A stretch of DNA of 64,000 nt from Octopus sinensis (taxonomy: Eukaryota): positions 11,841,360-11,905,359 of the forward strand of contig NC_043019.1 of NCBI RefSeq assembly GCF_006345805.1. The letters run 5' to 3'. Shown piece by piece: positions 49,634 to 61,740 of this stretch. Under the pieces are notes generated by a model that was not told the DNA's origin, made no database searches, and was given only the letters and a program-made list of their open reading frames with translations. Both the position numbers and the translations under genes were made by a program. The first letter of the stretch is position 1. Every line of letters starts with the position of its first letter.

Positions 49634-50525
49634 TTGAAAATATGACTTGTTTTGCTAGTTTGTTAGAAATTCTCAAGCATATCTTCTCAACTAAATTCCT
49701 AATTATAGATTGAGGGTGGTTAGATAATTTATAAATGTAACTTAATGAGACATTAAGCTTGCTACGTGTGTAGGAATGCTCATTATTTAAAGTTACATTT
49801 GCAAAATCAGTTGAAATAATATTAACCTTTTTGATGCTGGACTGATGATATTTGTGATTATTGTCATTAAATAATAATCAACAATAATGATATAACATTT
49901 TTGCTGAGTTTAATTTCATTTAATTACTTAATGATATAAGTAGTAATTTCCTACAGAATGCTAATAGGGTTAAATATATATTAGAGTTATTATATTATAA
50001 TATGGTATTACAATTATGATATAATATATATAAATATAATGATATATTTATATATATATATATATATCATCATCATCATGATATAATATATATGGAAATA
50101 ATTTTATTTACTAAAATAAGTCAGAAACCATGGTCCAGGAAAGAGATATTAAATGTTTTTATTTTTCATTCCCTTCAAGAATTTATCCCTAATTAGTGGT
50201 TTGGACTTTAGCTGTTCTTTCTAGCATAAAGGATTCCTATGATGGAAACCTCTTAATGTGTTTAAATGTACACTGTATTTTATATGAATAATATATAGCC
50301 TATTGACTAACTTTTCTATATGCTAGGCCACTGGTAGTAAAAATTTCTAAAGTCTTTATCACCCTGATATTATTAATTACACACACACACACAACACACA
50401 CACACACACACACACACATGCATATATCAGGGGTGAAGGGTGTATGTATGCAATGTCTGCCTTACTTTTATTCCAGGGTAAATAATTTTTGTGTGATATA
50501 AAATTAATTATGAATAATTTTTACC

Positions 50526-50757
50526 TATTTCTTTATTACCCACAAGGGGCTAAACTCAGAGGGGACAAACAAGGACAGACATAGGTATTAAGTCAATTAC
50601 ATCGACCCCAGTGCGTAACTGGTACTTAATTTATCGACCCTGAAAGGATGAAAGGCAAAGTCGACCTCGGCGGAATTTGAACTCAGAACGTAACGACAGA
50701 CGAAATACCGCTAAGCATATCGCCCGGCGTGCTAACGTTTCTGCCAGCTCGCTGCCT
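50526..50757 (-). mobile_element. SINE family B with 12-bp TSD
   Basis: ATAATTTTTACC at 50514-50525 and 50773-50784. Confidence 0.9.
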
Positions 50758-51349
50758 TATGGATAATTATGGATAATTTTTACCATCCTCATATTTCCCA
50801 TACCTTTAGTTCTTAGTATGAATTATCAACAATCCATATTATTTATGAAGGGTAAGTAGAAAAAGATCCTGTTTGCTTAGCAAGGAAAGAAAAAGCAAAG
50901 GATTAATTGCTTTCCTCTTCCCTTCAAGCAGGGAGCAGGAAAAAGAATGAAAAGGAGTGGGAAGTCAATGAGAGAAAGGCAGAAGGAAGCAGAATTTTTT
51001 TTCTATTTGCTTTCAATCATAATTAAGAAAAGGAGAAGTGTTATTTTCTTCATAATCTATTATTCTCTTGGAGAAGGAAGGTGAAAAAGGGAGACAAAAT
51101 AAAAAGAGTGGGGAGTCAAGAGAGAGAAAGTAGAAATTTTGCTGTTTGCCTTCCACTCATGTTAAGCTAGTTGCCCTGTGCAACTAAGATCAAAGACTTC
51201 CTTATTCAAAGAACTTAAAGCTTTCCTCATAGTGGAGAGATTTTGATGAGAAATGGGTGTTTAATCAATTTGCATGTTTGTTTTATTACTGATTCTTGTA
51301 TATTTTGCACAATTATCCAGAGCTGAAGAAAATATATATTTTATCGTTG

Positions 51350-51681
51350 GAAGGTGTTTGTAAGCCATTTAAGAAACACACAAAAGCCGTTCGATTCACT
51401 TCAACATTTAAGTTTAATTTGTCAAAATATTTTCGTCGCTTTAAGACCGCGACCTGTTCACTGACAAAAATCCGTGCTGCATCCCGGATTTTTGTCAGTG
51501 AACAGGTTGCGGTCTTATAGCGACGAAAATATTTTGACAAATTAAACTTAAATGTTGAAGTGAATCGAACGGCTTTTGTGTGTTTCTTAAATGGCTTACA
51601 AACACCTTCCACGTTGCAATTGTTTTCGTTTCAGCACACGATCTCAGATCAAATCACTTGCTATGCAAGTACATCTCTGTA
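51350..51681. mobile_element. Fold-back insertion (127-bp inverted arms plus unique extension) with 14-bp TSD
   Basis: Arms 51348-51474 and 51485-51611. ATATTTTATCGTTG at 51336-51349 and 51682-51695. Confidence 0.85.
51491..51541 (+). ncRNA. Candidate hammerhead ribozyme with G3-C8 compensatory core (mirror copy 51418-51468, minus strand)
   Basis: TTTGTCA-GTGAACA-G-GT(T/C)GC(9 nt)GCGAC-GAAA-ATAT-T-T-TGACAAA. Stem I 7 bp, stem II 5 bp, palindromic AATATT stem III, UUU triplet. Confidence 0.5.
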
Positions 51682-51692
51682 ATATTTTATCG

Positions 51693-52560
51693 TTGTATTT
51701 CGGAATGGTCATTTTGCCAGTTTAGCCAATAAAAACACATGCACTATATATTTGGTGTTACTTTGCTTCAGCATTATTTATTTTTTACATTAATCTTAAT
51801 CTTATTTTGGCCAGGGTTCTTTCATCACACTCCTGTGATCTCATCAGGGGTCCTTTGCTTTCTTCCTTCTTATTTGTGTGTCTCTCCTTACTGATGGTCA
51901 GCCATTTTGTATTCCTATTGTATGTGTCTTCATTTGCACATGTGTATACCTCTATGTGTGTCTATGTTTAGTTAGTGTATGTGTGGGGGGGAAGTGCCTA
52001 TAATATTTGTATCTCCCATTTATATACGTTTGTGTAATTTGTTTTTGTTTATTTTTATTTTGTTCATGTGTTTACACCTACTTATTATTATTATTTTTTA
52101 TTTTTTATTTATTATTATTATTTTTTTATCTATTTATTATTATTATTATTTTTTTAATGTATATAGTTATTTACTTTCATTTGTTTATTTATCTGTGTAT
52201 TTTATTATGTTTTTATTTATTATGTTTATATTGTTACCAGTTTATGGGGATCTTCTTCTGTCATATGCTGTGGTGTGTGCTAGTGTTCCGTCCCAGTTTC
52301 CTATTCAGGCTATGTTTATCTTCTATTATGTGTGTAGCTTCTGTAATTTGTCTAAGCGTTGCGTTTGTTCTATGTGTGGACAAGATTTTAACTTCTATGT
52401 TGTTGAGTGAGACCCTGTGTTCCTGCTCGGCGTGTTGGTACGAACTAAGCATTTTGCCCTTTAAATTTTAGGAAGAAAGTGCAGATTATTCTTGAGGATT
52501 TACAGTAGTTCTTTATATGTAGGTTCTATTATTTTCTCTGATTTCTCTCGTAACCAATAA
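51693..52560 (-). mobile_element. Penelope-like element remnant: GIY-YIG endonuclease C-terminus plus downstream pLTR (family P2)
   Basis: In-frame YI*RT at about 52521, then H...H..LNNIEVKILS...RQITEATHIIEDKHSLNRK. Downstream CCCTGATGAGATCAC(AGGAGT)GTGATGAAA at about 51812-51850, then sequence homologous to 11915-11975. Confidence 0.7.
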
Positions 52561-52990
52561 CAGTCATCATGGCAGGTTAATGGGGGACCATCAAGTCCAG
52601 TGGAGAGAGGTATCAAGCCCGAAGTGTGGCTGGTTAGTAGAAATGCATTGTCTCACATTAAAATTATTTCATATCACTTTCACAGACAGAGGTGGTGGGG
52701 GAAGAACAAAAATTGTTTAAGGGTGGAGAGAGTAAGAGTGCACTGCCCCACTCACTTTGTCTTGATGATTGGCCTGCATCATAGACTGCATGCCCTTGTT
52801 TCCAAGTCAGCCTTTGCCACAGATATATATATATATATATATAAAACTATAGATTAGGGTATCTGAGAGATACCACCATACTGAAGTAGCAGTCAAAACC
52901 CTGACCCTAAAACCACCTTAAATGTTCATATCGCACCATGAGAGAAGACAGAGAGACAAAATAAACTAGCAAAAAAGATTTTGCTGGATA

Positions 52991-53049
52991 ATTCAAGATC
53001 CTGGATTTCTGGCTTTGCTTCAGAGAAGCTCTGCCTTCTTCAGTTGAAT
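52991..53049 (-). ncRNA. Candidate type-I hammerhead ribozyme, canonical core
   Basis: ATTCAA-CTGAAGA-A-GGC(...CAGAG-CTT-CTCTG...)GCC-A-GAAA-TCC-A-GGAT-C-TTGAAT. Stem I 6 bp, AUC triplet. Confidence 0.6.
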
Positions 53050-53320
53050 ATACCAGATAAGCACATAAATACAGATATATATATATATATACAGAACATA
53101 CATTATACTTACATATACGAACACTCATACATACATATATATGACGTATGTACTAGAGTGGCTTAAATTGCCCGCCAAACATCTCCAAGTGCGATATGCT
53201 CAAAATAAACACCGCAGTGAATACAATGACGAACTATATAAATTTATAAATAAGGATAATATCAATATTTAAATATCGATCTTATCAAGTGGCCAGTATG
53301 TTATCCTTATTTATAGATAA

Positions 53321-53368
<48 letters not shown>

Positions 53369-53396
53369 TCATATACATATACATATATATACATAT

Positions 53397-53473
<77 letters not shown>

Positions 53474-53486
53474 CATATTTATATAT

Positions 53487-53765
<279 letters not shown>

Positions 53766-54105
53766 ATACATACATACATACATACATGCACACAGAAAGA
53801 GTACAGTGAAATTGGTGTGAGGGGTGAAAAATCTCATTTCAGACAAATATATGTGTGAGTGTGTGAATATCCCAAAATTCCCTAAGTATATATGTCAGTG
53901 TCTAATTTCATAATTGTAGTTGCATAATGGTAATTATAATGGCATAGCATCACATGGCATTTTCTTGACGCCAACTCCTGGTGATCCACAAAACAAAAAA
54001 TAGGCTTTCTTGAAACATACATTCATTCGTAATTGCACACACACACACACACACGTACACATATATACACATACACACATATATATATCTATACATATGT
54101 ATACA

Positions 54106-54153
<48 letters not shown>

Positions 54154-54167
54154 AATATATATACATG

Positions 54168-54650
54168 TATATTTTATAGAGGAGCTTCTACAGGACCAGA
54201 ACTGTTTCATTCAAAAGAAATCATCAGGAAGCTAGTAGACAAGCGTTGTTTTGGCATTTATACATTTAGCAGGTTTAAATGGGTGGTGGGGGACTTTTTG
54301 GGGGTAGGCATGGCGCAAAACTGTCATTATAGGGGAGTGGTCAAAGGAATCAGTGGTAAAGTAGATAAAAGAATAAATAAAAGAATAAAAAAATAAAAAA
54401 ATATATAAATAGAAAAATAGAGTTTTAGGTAAGTGGGGAGACTCTCACTTGTACATCTACATATATATATATACACATATACACACCCGCATATTCACAT
54501 ATATCTATACATATACATACATACCCACATATACATACATATATATATACATACGTACACATACATATACATATATATATACATATATATACATATATGT
54601 ATATATGAATGAAACAATTCTGGTCCTGTAGAAGCTCCTTCTATAAAATA
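54168..54650. mobile_element. pLTR-like repeat (minus strand) with an inverted 45-bp terminal copy
   Basis: 54168-54214 and 54605-54650 are inverted copies. Flanked by TA microsatellites. Confidence 0.65.
54183..54233 (-). ncRNA. Candidate type-I hammerhead ribozyme, fully canonical core
   Basis: AGCTTC-CTGATGA-TTTC(TTTT)GAAT-GAAA-CAG(TTCTGGTC)CTG-TA-GAAGCT. Stem I 6 bp, stem III 4 bp, GUA triplet. Stem II is 3 bp plus a U-U mismatch. Confidence 0.65.
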
Positions 54651-54784
54651 AATTAATTTACTCTGCTATGTATTGAGTACCTTATTTACTGTGGTTAACC
54701 CCGACTCAATCCGGGACCTACATATATATACATGTATATATAGATATACATATATGTGTATATATACATATTGATATATATATA

Positions 54785-54821
<37 letters not shown>

Positions 54822-55059
54822 AAGGGTGGGCTGAAAATTTCATAGGCGTAACTTAACTGTTTGACAAAAGGTGCCAATAGTATAACTACCAGGCTCACAA
54901 AGAATAACTCTAGGGGTCAGTATCTTAGACTAAAAGGCAGTGTTCCAGCATGGCCACAGTCAAAAATATAAATTTCCTATTTTAGATAAATCTAAATTAA
55001 AACCTTTCTTAAAAATTTCATGTTAATTTATGTTCCAAACACCAGCTTAATAATGGTTT

Positions 55060-55525
55060 CAAATTTTGGCACAAGGCCAGCAATTTCAGGGAAGGGCTTA
55101 GTTGATTACAGCAACCCCAGTGCTGAACTCATACTTATTTTATTGACCCCAAAAATATGAAAGGTAGAGTCAACCTTAGCAGCATTTGAACTCAGAATAT
55201 AAAGTTAGAAGAAATAATGCTAAGCATTTTGTTGGGTCCAGAAACAATTTTACCAGCTCACTGCCTTAAACACCAGCTTAATAATCCTTTCTTATTTCTT
55301 TACTGCCCACAAGGGGCTAAAGACAGAAGGGACAAACTAGGACAGACAAAAGAATTAAGTCGATTATATCGACCCTAGTGCGTAACTGGTACTTAATTTA
55401 TCAACCCCGAAAGGATGAAAGGCAAAGTTGACCTCGACGGAATTTGAACTCAGAACGTAGCGGCAGACGAAATACTGCTAAGCATTTTGCCCGGCGTGCT
55501 AACGTTTCTGACAGCTCACCGCCTT
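55060..55525 (-). mobile_element. Two SINE B copies (short-tail and long-tail variants)
   Basis: About 55060-55268 and 55292-55523. Confidence 0.82.
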
Positions 55526-55836
55526 TAATAATCCTTAATAATCCTTTCTACTATATTTGAAGGGAGAGGGACTAGTTAATCCCATTGACCCCAGTGTTTC
55601 ACTGGTACTTAATTGATCAACCTCGAAAGGATGAAAAGCAGTCAGCCTCACCCTAATTGAATTAAATTAAAAGTAAAGACAGGTTGAAATGCAGCTAAGC
55701 ATTTTACCTAGCAGGGACTGGACAGTTTGACAGGAACCAACCAGCTGAAGGGCTGTTCGGGTCCCTGTTTGTTTTGGCATGGTTTCTATGGCTGGATGCC
55801 CTTTCTAATGCCAGTATATGGTAAGAAAAGGGTTAA

Positions 55837-56040
55837 CCCTTTAGTGTTTAAACCAGTCATATCCAGCCTAATTATTCTACCTGTTTTATGTTCAAACCAG
55901 CCAGATCTGGTCTCTTGTACATATCCTACAATGTCATTATAAAAATAAATACTCATGTCATCAAAAATCCCAATAATGCATGAATAATTTAAAACAATGT
56001 GATTACATAAGCATTACTTTTGATTGAGTAATCAGAAGGG
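55837..56040. mobile_element. piggyBac-like MITE family 2, complete
   Basis: TTAA-CCCTT...AAGGG-TTAA. Related pieces at 911 and about 27947-28112. Confidence 0.75.
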
Positions 56041-56415
56041 TTAAATATTGTAAGGAGTCTATATCAGTCTATGCAGTCTGTGACTCATCCGATAGCAATC
56101 ACTGATTTCTGTGATGCAAATTTCCTCTTTTTAAAGTGATCCAGATTAAAATCTTCCATCAAAATTTTGGGTTAATTTTTATTCCAAACACTGGAGTGAG
56201 AATGACAGTTATTTTAGTAAATTCCTTGTTATTTTCGAAATTAATTGATACAAAGGCAGTGTATTTCTACAGAAATATGATAACAAAAGGGGTTAAAATG
56301 ATCTAGATTAGAACTTTGCATCAAAATTTCACATTAATTTATGCTCCAAACACTAGGCCTTATAATGAGTTATTTTAGTAAATTCTTTGTTATTTTCAAA
56401 ATAAATTGGAACAAT

Positions 56416-56832
56416 GGCGTAGGAGTGGCTGTGTGGTAAGTAGCTTGCTTACGAACCACATGGTTCCGGGTTCAGTCCCACTGTGAGGCACCTTGGGCAA
56501 GTGTCTTCTATTATAGCCTCGGGCCGACCAAAGCCTTGTGAGTGGATTTGGTAGACGGAAACTGAAAGAATCCCATCGTATATATGTATATATATATATA
56601 TGTATATGTATGTGTGTGTGTATATGTTTGTGTGTCTGTGTTTGTCCCCACTAACATCGCTTGACAACCGATGCTGGTGTGTTTACGTCCCCCGTAACTT
56701 AGCTGTTCGGCAAAAGAGACCGATAAAATAAGTACTAGGCTTACAAAGAATAAGCCCTGGGGCTGATTTGCTCGACAAAAGGCAGTGCTCCAGCATGACC
56801 ACAGTCAAATGACTGAAACAAGTAAAAGAGTA
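56416..56832 (+). mobile_element. SINE family A, full length
   Basis: Match to consensus. Confidence 0.9.
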
Positions 56833-57504
56833 AATGGTAGTGTATTTCTTAGAAGACAGAAGACAGAAGTGAGAAGGATGAATAACACGTGTGCGTGTGT
56901 GTGTGTGTGTGCTGTTTACTTAGACGCAGCAAATGAATTGAGCTCAAATGCTGGGATTTCATTGGTTAAAATTCGAAGAATTAAACTACGTTAAACTTAC
57001 AAATTACAATTTTGTTTTCAATTTTATTTACAATAATGTTTTCTTTTGACACATTCTACCAGTATACGAAGTTTCAAATTGTTTAGTTTACTAGAAAATT
57101 CCGTCCATCAAAAAGAAAAGATCCAATATGCTAATGAAAGAGTTAAAATAATCTAAATTATAATCTTCCATCAAAATTTCATTTTGATTTTCATTCCAAA
57201 CATTGGTGTGAGAACGACAAATTTATGTTACTAAATTCTTCGTTATATTCAAAATTAATTGGAACGAAGTCAGTGTATCTCTACAGAAATATGGCAACAA
57301 AAGACTTAAGAGCTGTGGTTCTTTTCTTGCAGAAACTGTGAGCTGTTTCATGAAATCATTGACAGATTTCCCCCTACCGCAAACACCCTGGCACCCACCC
57401 CTATGGCAAAGTGTTTCCTTTCCATTTGCTTCGCCCCCACCCCATCCACATACTCACTGTCTAATTTGATGACTCAAACCAACAAATAACTGTATATTAC
57501 TGGT

Positions 57505-57780
57505 GATGGTGGTGAAGACGGTGGGGGGGGGATGGTTTTTTTTTATGATGGTGGTGGAAGTAGTGATAGTGTGGTGGAGGTGGTTGGTAGTGGTGAAAGT
57601 GGTGGTGGCAGTGATGATGGTGGTGGTATTGCTGTTGGTGGTGGTGGTGGTGGTAGTGGTAGTAGTGGTGGAAATGTATGCTACTGGTGGTACTAATGGC
57701 ACCAGTGTTGGTGGTTGAAGTGTTGCTGTTGCTGTTGGTGGTGGTGGTGGTGGCAGTGGCGGTGGTGGTGGTGGTAGAAG
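57505..57780. repeat. (GGT)n-rich low-complexity tract
   Basis: Direct reading. Confidence 0.9.
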
Positions 57781-59193
57781 GGACAGGGTGTGGGGCTCTA
57801 ACCAGTTCCTTTGTTGTGACATGAGATCTCTATAATATTACAAGAGACATTTAGTGAAATTGGCTGCCAAAAACACAAACACGCGAACACACACATACAC
57901 ACATACACACAGAAGAACAGAAGTGTGTACCACAGCAGTCTATCAGTATTTCACCTTCATTTCCTTTTTCTTTGTTTACACATTTGTTTGTAATGTTTAA
58001 TATCAACACCCACTCTCATAGTACAACATATATCATCATCATCATCATCATCATTTAGCAGTCAGATTTTGGCTTGGTTTCTACAGCTGGATGCCCTTCC
58101 TAATGTCAACCAAAATGGGGGTGTTTGATTTATGCAGTATTTATTTCCGGTAATTTAGCACGCCTAAATGAAGACTGTTGAAAATAACCACAAATGTAAT
58201 AGGTAGAACTACATGCATTTTCGACCTCTTTTTGATATCTAGCGTGAAGTTCTGCAAGTTATATTTTGCATAGACGATCATACTGATGATCTACAGATAA
58301 ATTGTGTAAGTAAAATTATGTAATTTGTTGATAGTGAAACAATTGTTTATGATTAATCTATATTTTTGTTATTTTTTATTTGTCTTGCTCGCTTACGTTT
58401 CTGGTGTGCTAAATTTTCTGGAGAACAATTCTTAGTGGTTGAGACCATAGCGGATCTTCTTCTAGCATAAAGGTTTCCACATAGTGGTTAAAAAAATTCC
58501 CTCTTATATTTATGTATGAAATACTATTTACTGAACCTCAGTTTTTTTTATATGCTAGACCACTGGTGTTAAAATTGATGCTATCAAATTAATATCCAAT
58601 TTCTTCACCCTCATTTTTATTTTAATTATATATACATATATATATATATTTATGAGGGGCTGCTTTCAGTTTCCGTCTACTAAATCCACTCACAAGGCTT
58701 TACTCGGCCTGAGGCTATAGTAGAAGACACTTGCTCAAGGTGTTGCACAGTGGGACTGAACCTGGAACCTGGTAGTGTGCCATCACTGTCTGTGGCTACC
58801 TGATGTCATCAACAGTATGGATATAAAAATGCCACTGGATTTACTTCAGGAATTCCTCCATGTCTGTTGAGTATATAACATATTAGAGAAAGAGGAAATG
58901 GAATTCACAAGATTCTTTATTAATCACAGCAATCTTTTCAGCCCATCTTGCATCGGTTCCTCGCAGGTGAGATTCTGGACACCTGGTTGGGGGTGCATCC
59001 TTTGGTGCAGATGTGGCTTGTCAAGTGACTTTGCAAAAAGGTACCTTGCTCAATAAACTCAGTTTCACTTAGTTCAATTATGATACAATTCATTTGCCTG
59101 TAGCTGGTTGTGTACAGGGGTTATCTTGGTTTGGAACGACATGGAATGGAGTACAGTTCATTTTTTTATAGGTATCTATATACATATATATAA

Positions 59194-59603
59194 GCGCAGG
59201 AGTGGCTGTGTGGTAAGTAGCTTGCTTACCAACCACATGGTTCCGGGTTCAGTCCCACTGCGTGGCATCTTGGGCAAGTGTCTTCTACTATAGCCTCGGG
59301 CCGACCAATGCCTTGTGAGTGAATTTGGTAGACGGAAACTGAAAGAAGCCTGTCATATATATGTATATATATTTATATATATGTGTGTGTATGTTCGTGT
59401 GTCTGTGTTCGTCCCCCTAGCATTGTTTGACAACCGATGCTGGTGTGTTTACGTCCCCGTCACTTAGCGATTCAGCAAAAGAGATCGATAGAATAAGTAC
59501 TGGGCTTACAAAGAATAAGTCCCGGGGTCGATTTGCTCGACTAAAGGTGGTGCTCCAGCATGGCCACAGTCAAATGACTGAAACAAGTAAAAGAATAAAA
59601 GAA
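59194..59603 (+). mobile_element. SINE family A, full length
   Basis: Match to consensus. Abuts a SINE B tail-to-tail. Confidence 0.9.
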
Positions 59604-59607
59604 TATA

Positions 59608-59826
59608 TCTATTTCTTTACTACCCATAAGGGGCTAAACACGGGCAGACAAACGGATTAAGTCGATTATATCGACCCCAGTGCGTAACTGGTACTTATTT
59701 AATCGACCCCGAAAGGATGAAAGGCAAAGTCGACCTTGGCGGAATTTGAACTCAGAATGTAACGGTAGACGAAATACCGCTAAGCATCTCGCCCAGCGTG
59801 CTAACGTTTCTGGCAGCTCGCCGCCT
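59608..59826 (-). mobile_element. SINE family B
   Basis: Match to consensus with a short internal deletion. Confidence 0.88.
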
Positions 59827-59834
59827 TATCTATA

Positions 59835-60200
59835 TACATATGTCATCATCATCATCATCGTTTAACGTCTGCCTTCCATGCTAGCATGGGTTGGATGGTA
59901 TGACAGGAGCTGGCCAGGTAGGGGCCTGCACCAGATTTCTGTTTTGGCAGGGTTTTTATAGCTGGATGCCCTTTCTAACACCACCCAGCCAACCACCCAG
60001 CAGAGTGGACTGAGTGCTTTTTACATGGCACAAGCACAGGTGAGGTCAGTTTTGGTAAGGTTTTTACTGCTGGATGCCCTTCCAAACAGCAACCACTTTA
60101 CAGTGTGGACTGTCTGCTTTTTACTCAGCACCAGCACTGGCAGGGTCACCAAGTAACTTTGGAAGACAAGGAATTATGAGAAGAGAAGGGACATTGAAGA
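59835..60200 (-). mobile_element. SINE-like family D, diverged
   Basis: (CAT)n-CGTTTAACGTCTGCCTTCCATGCTAGCATGGG, with a duplicated GCTGGATGCCCT segment. Confidence 0.7.
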
Positions 60201-60279
60201 AGGTGAATTTGTGTCAGATGATGAAAGGTTATAGTGAGAGAGAGAAACAAAAACAGGTGTCTTGCTGTAGAGGAGGTAG

Positions 60280-60357
60280 ATAGATAGATAGACAGACAGA
60301 CAGATAGATAGATAGACAGATAGACAGACAGACATACAGTTAGATAGATAGACAGAC

Positions 60358-60434
<77 letters not shown>

Positions 60435-60470
60435 TAGATAGATAGAAGATAGATAGATAGATAGATAGAT
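60280..60470. repeat. (GATA)n/(GACA)n microsatellite
   Basis: Direct reading. Confidence 0.95.
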
Positions 60471-60503
60471 ATAAACACACATACACATGTATATACATAT
60501 ACA

Positions 60504-60733
60504 TATTTCTTTATTACCCACAAGGGGCTAAACACAGAGGGGACAAACAAGGACAGACATAGGTATTAAGTCGATTACATCGACCCCAGTGCGTAACTGG
60601 TACTTAATTTATCGACCCCGAAAGGATGAAAGGCAAAGTCGACCTCGGCGGAATTTGAACTCACAACGTAACGCAGACGAAATACCGCTAAGCATTTCGC
60701 CCGGCGTGCTAACGTTTCTGCCAGCTCGCCGCC
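60504..60733 (-). mobile_element. SINE family B, full length
   Basis: Match to consensus. Confidence 0.92.
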
Positions 60734-61074
60734 TATTATATATACATATACAGTACTTTCATAGTACAGCACGCACGCACACATACACACACACACGTTA
60801 TGTAGGTTCATAATATCACAGTAAACAACGTAGGGGAGGTAACTTCTTCAGCCTCCAACGTTTAACCAGCCAACTGTAAATGGTTTTGGTACAAATCTTT
60901 CTTTTTCTATAATTTCACTCATTAACTTATTTCGTTCCCTGGACTACAGCCATACTGGAGCATTGCTTTCAAAGGTTTTAGTCAATCATATTAACACTAT
61001 TATTATCAACAGGGTTATTTATAAATTAATACGTAACATCAGTGTGCATGTACATCAGAGTGTAAAAGATTTAA

Positions 61075-61628
61075 GAGAGCTGGCAGAACCGTTAGCACGC
61101 CGGACGAAATGCGTAGCCGTATTTCGTCTGCCGTTACGTTCTGAGTTCAATTTCTGCCGAGGTCGACTTTGCCTTTCATCCTTTCGGGGTCAATAAATTA
61201 AGTACCAGTTACGCACTGGAGTCGATGTAATCGACTTAATCCGTTTGTCTGTCCTTGTTTGTTCCTAGTGTGTTTAGCCCCTTGTGGGTAGTAAAGAAAT
61301 ATGTATTTTGTCTGCCGCTACGTTCTGAGTTCAATTTCCGCCGAGGTCGACTTTGCCTTTCATCCTTTCGGGTTCAATAAATTAAGTACCAGTTACGCAC
61401 TAGGGTCGATGTAATCGACTTAATCCCTTTGTCTGTCCTTGTTTGTCCCTACTGTGTTTAGCCCCTTGTGGGTAGTAAAGAAATAATGTATTTTGTCTGC
61501 CGCTACGTTCTGAGTTCAATTTCCGCCGAGGTCGACTTTGCCTTTCATCCTTTCGGAGTCAATAAATTAAGTACCAGTTACGCACTGAGGTCGATGCAAT
61601 CGACTTAATCCGTTTGTCTGTCCTTGTT
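61075..61628 (+). mobile_element. SINE family B trimer (one head plus units restarting at 61303 and 61488)
   Basis: Period 184-185 bp. Each repeat begins GTATTT(C/T)GTCTGCCG. Confidence 0.92.
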
Positions 61629-61740
61629 GAGGAGGCAGATGTTGTGTGCAAGAGAGAAGACTGTGCTGGTATGGTCATGTGATGCATGTGGATGAGGGCA
61701 GCTGCATAAAGAAGTACCAGTCTCTGATCGTGGATTAGAA
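61628..61740 (+). mobile_element. RTE-clade LINE fragment
   Basis: RCCVQERRLCWYGHVMHVDEGSCIKKYQSLIVD. Confidence 0.7.

Noticed and set aside
51296-51612. The same peptide encoded on both strands
   Set aside because: This is a by-product of the DNA palindrome, not a gene.
61075-61628. Regularly spaced palindromic repeats suggestive of a CRISPR array
   Set aside because: The ~185-bp units are whole SINE bodies with no unique spacers and no cas genes, in a eukaryotic context.
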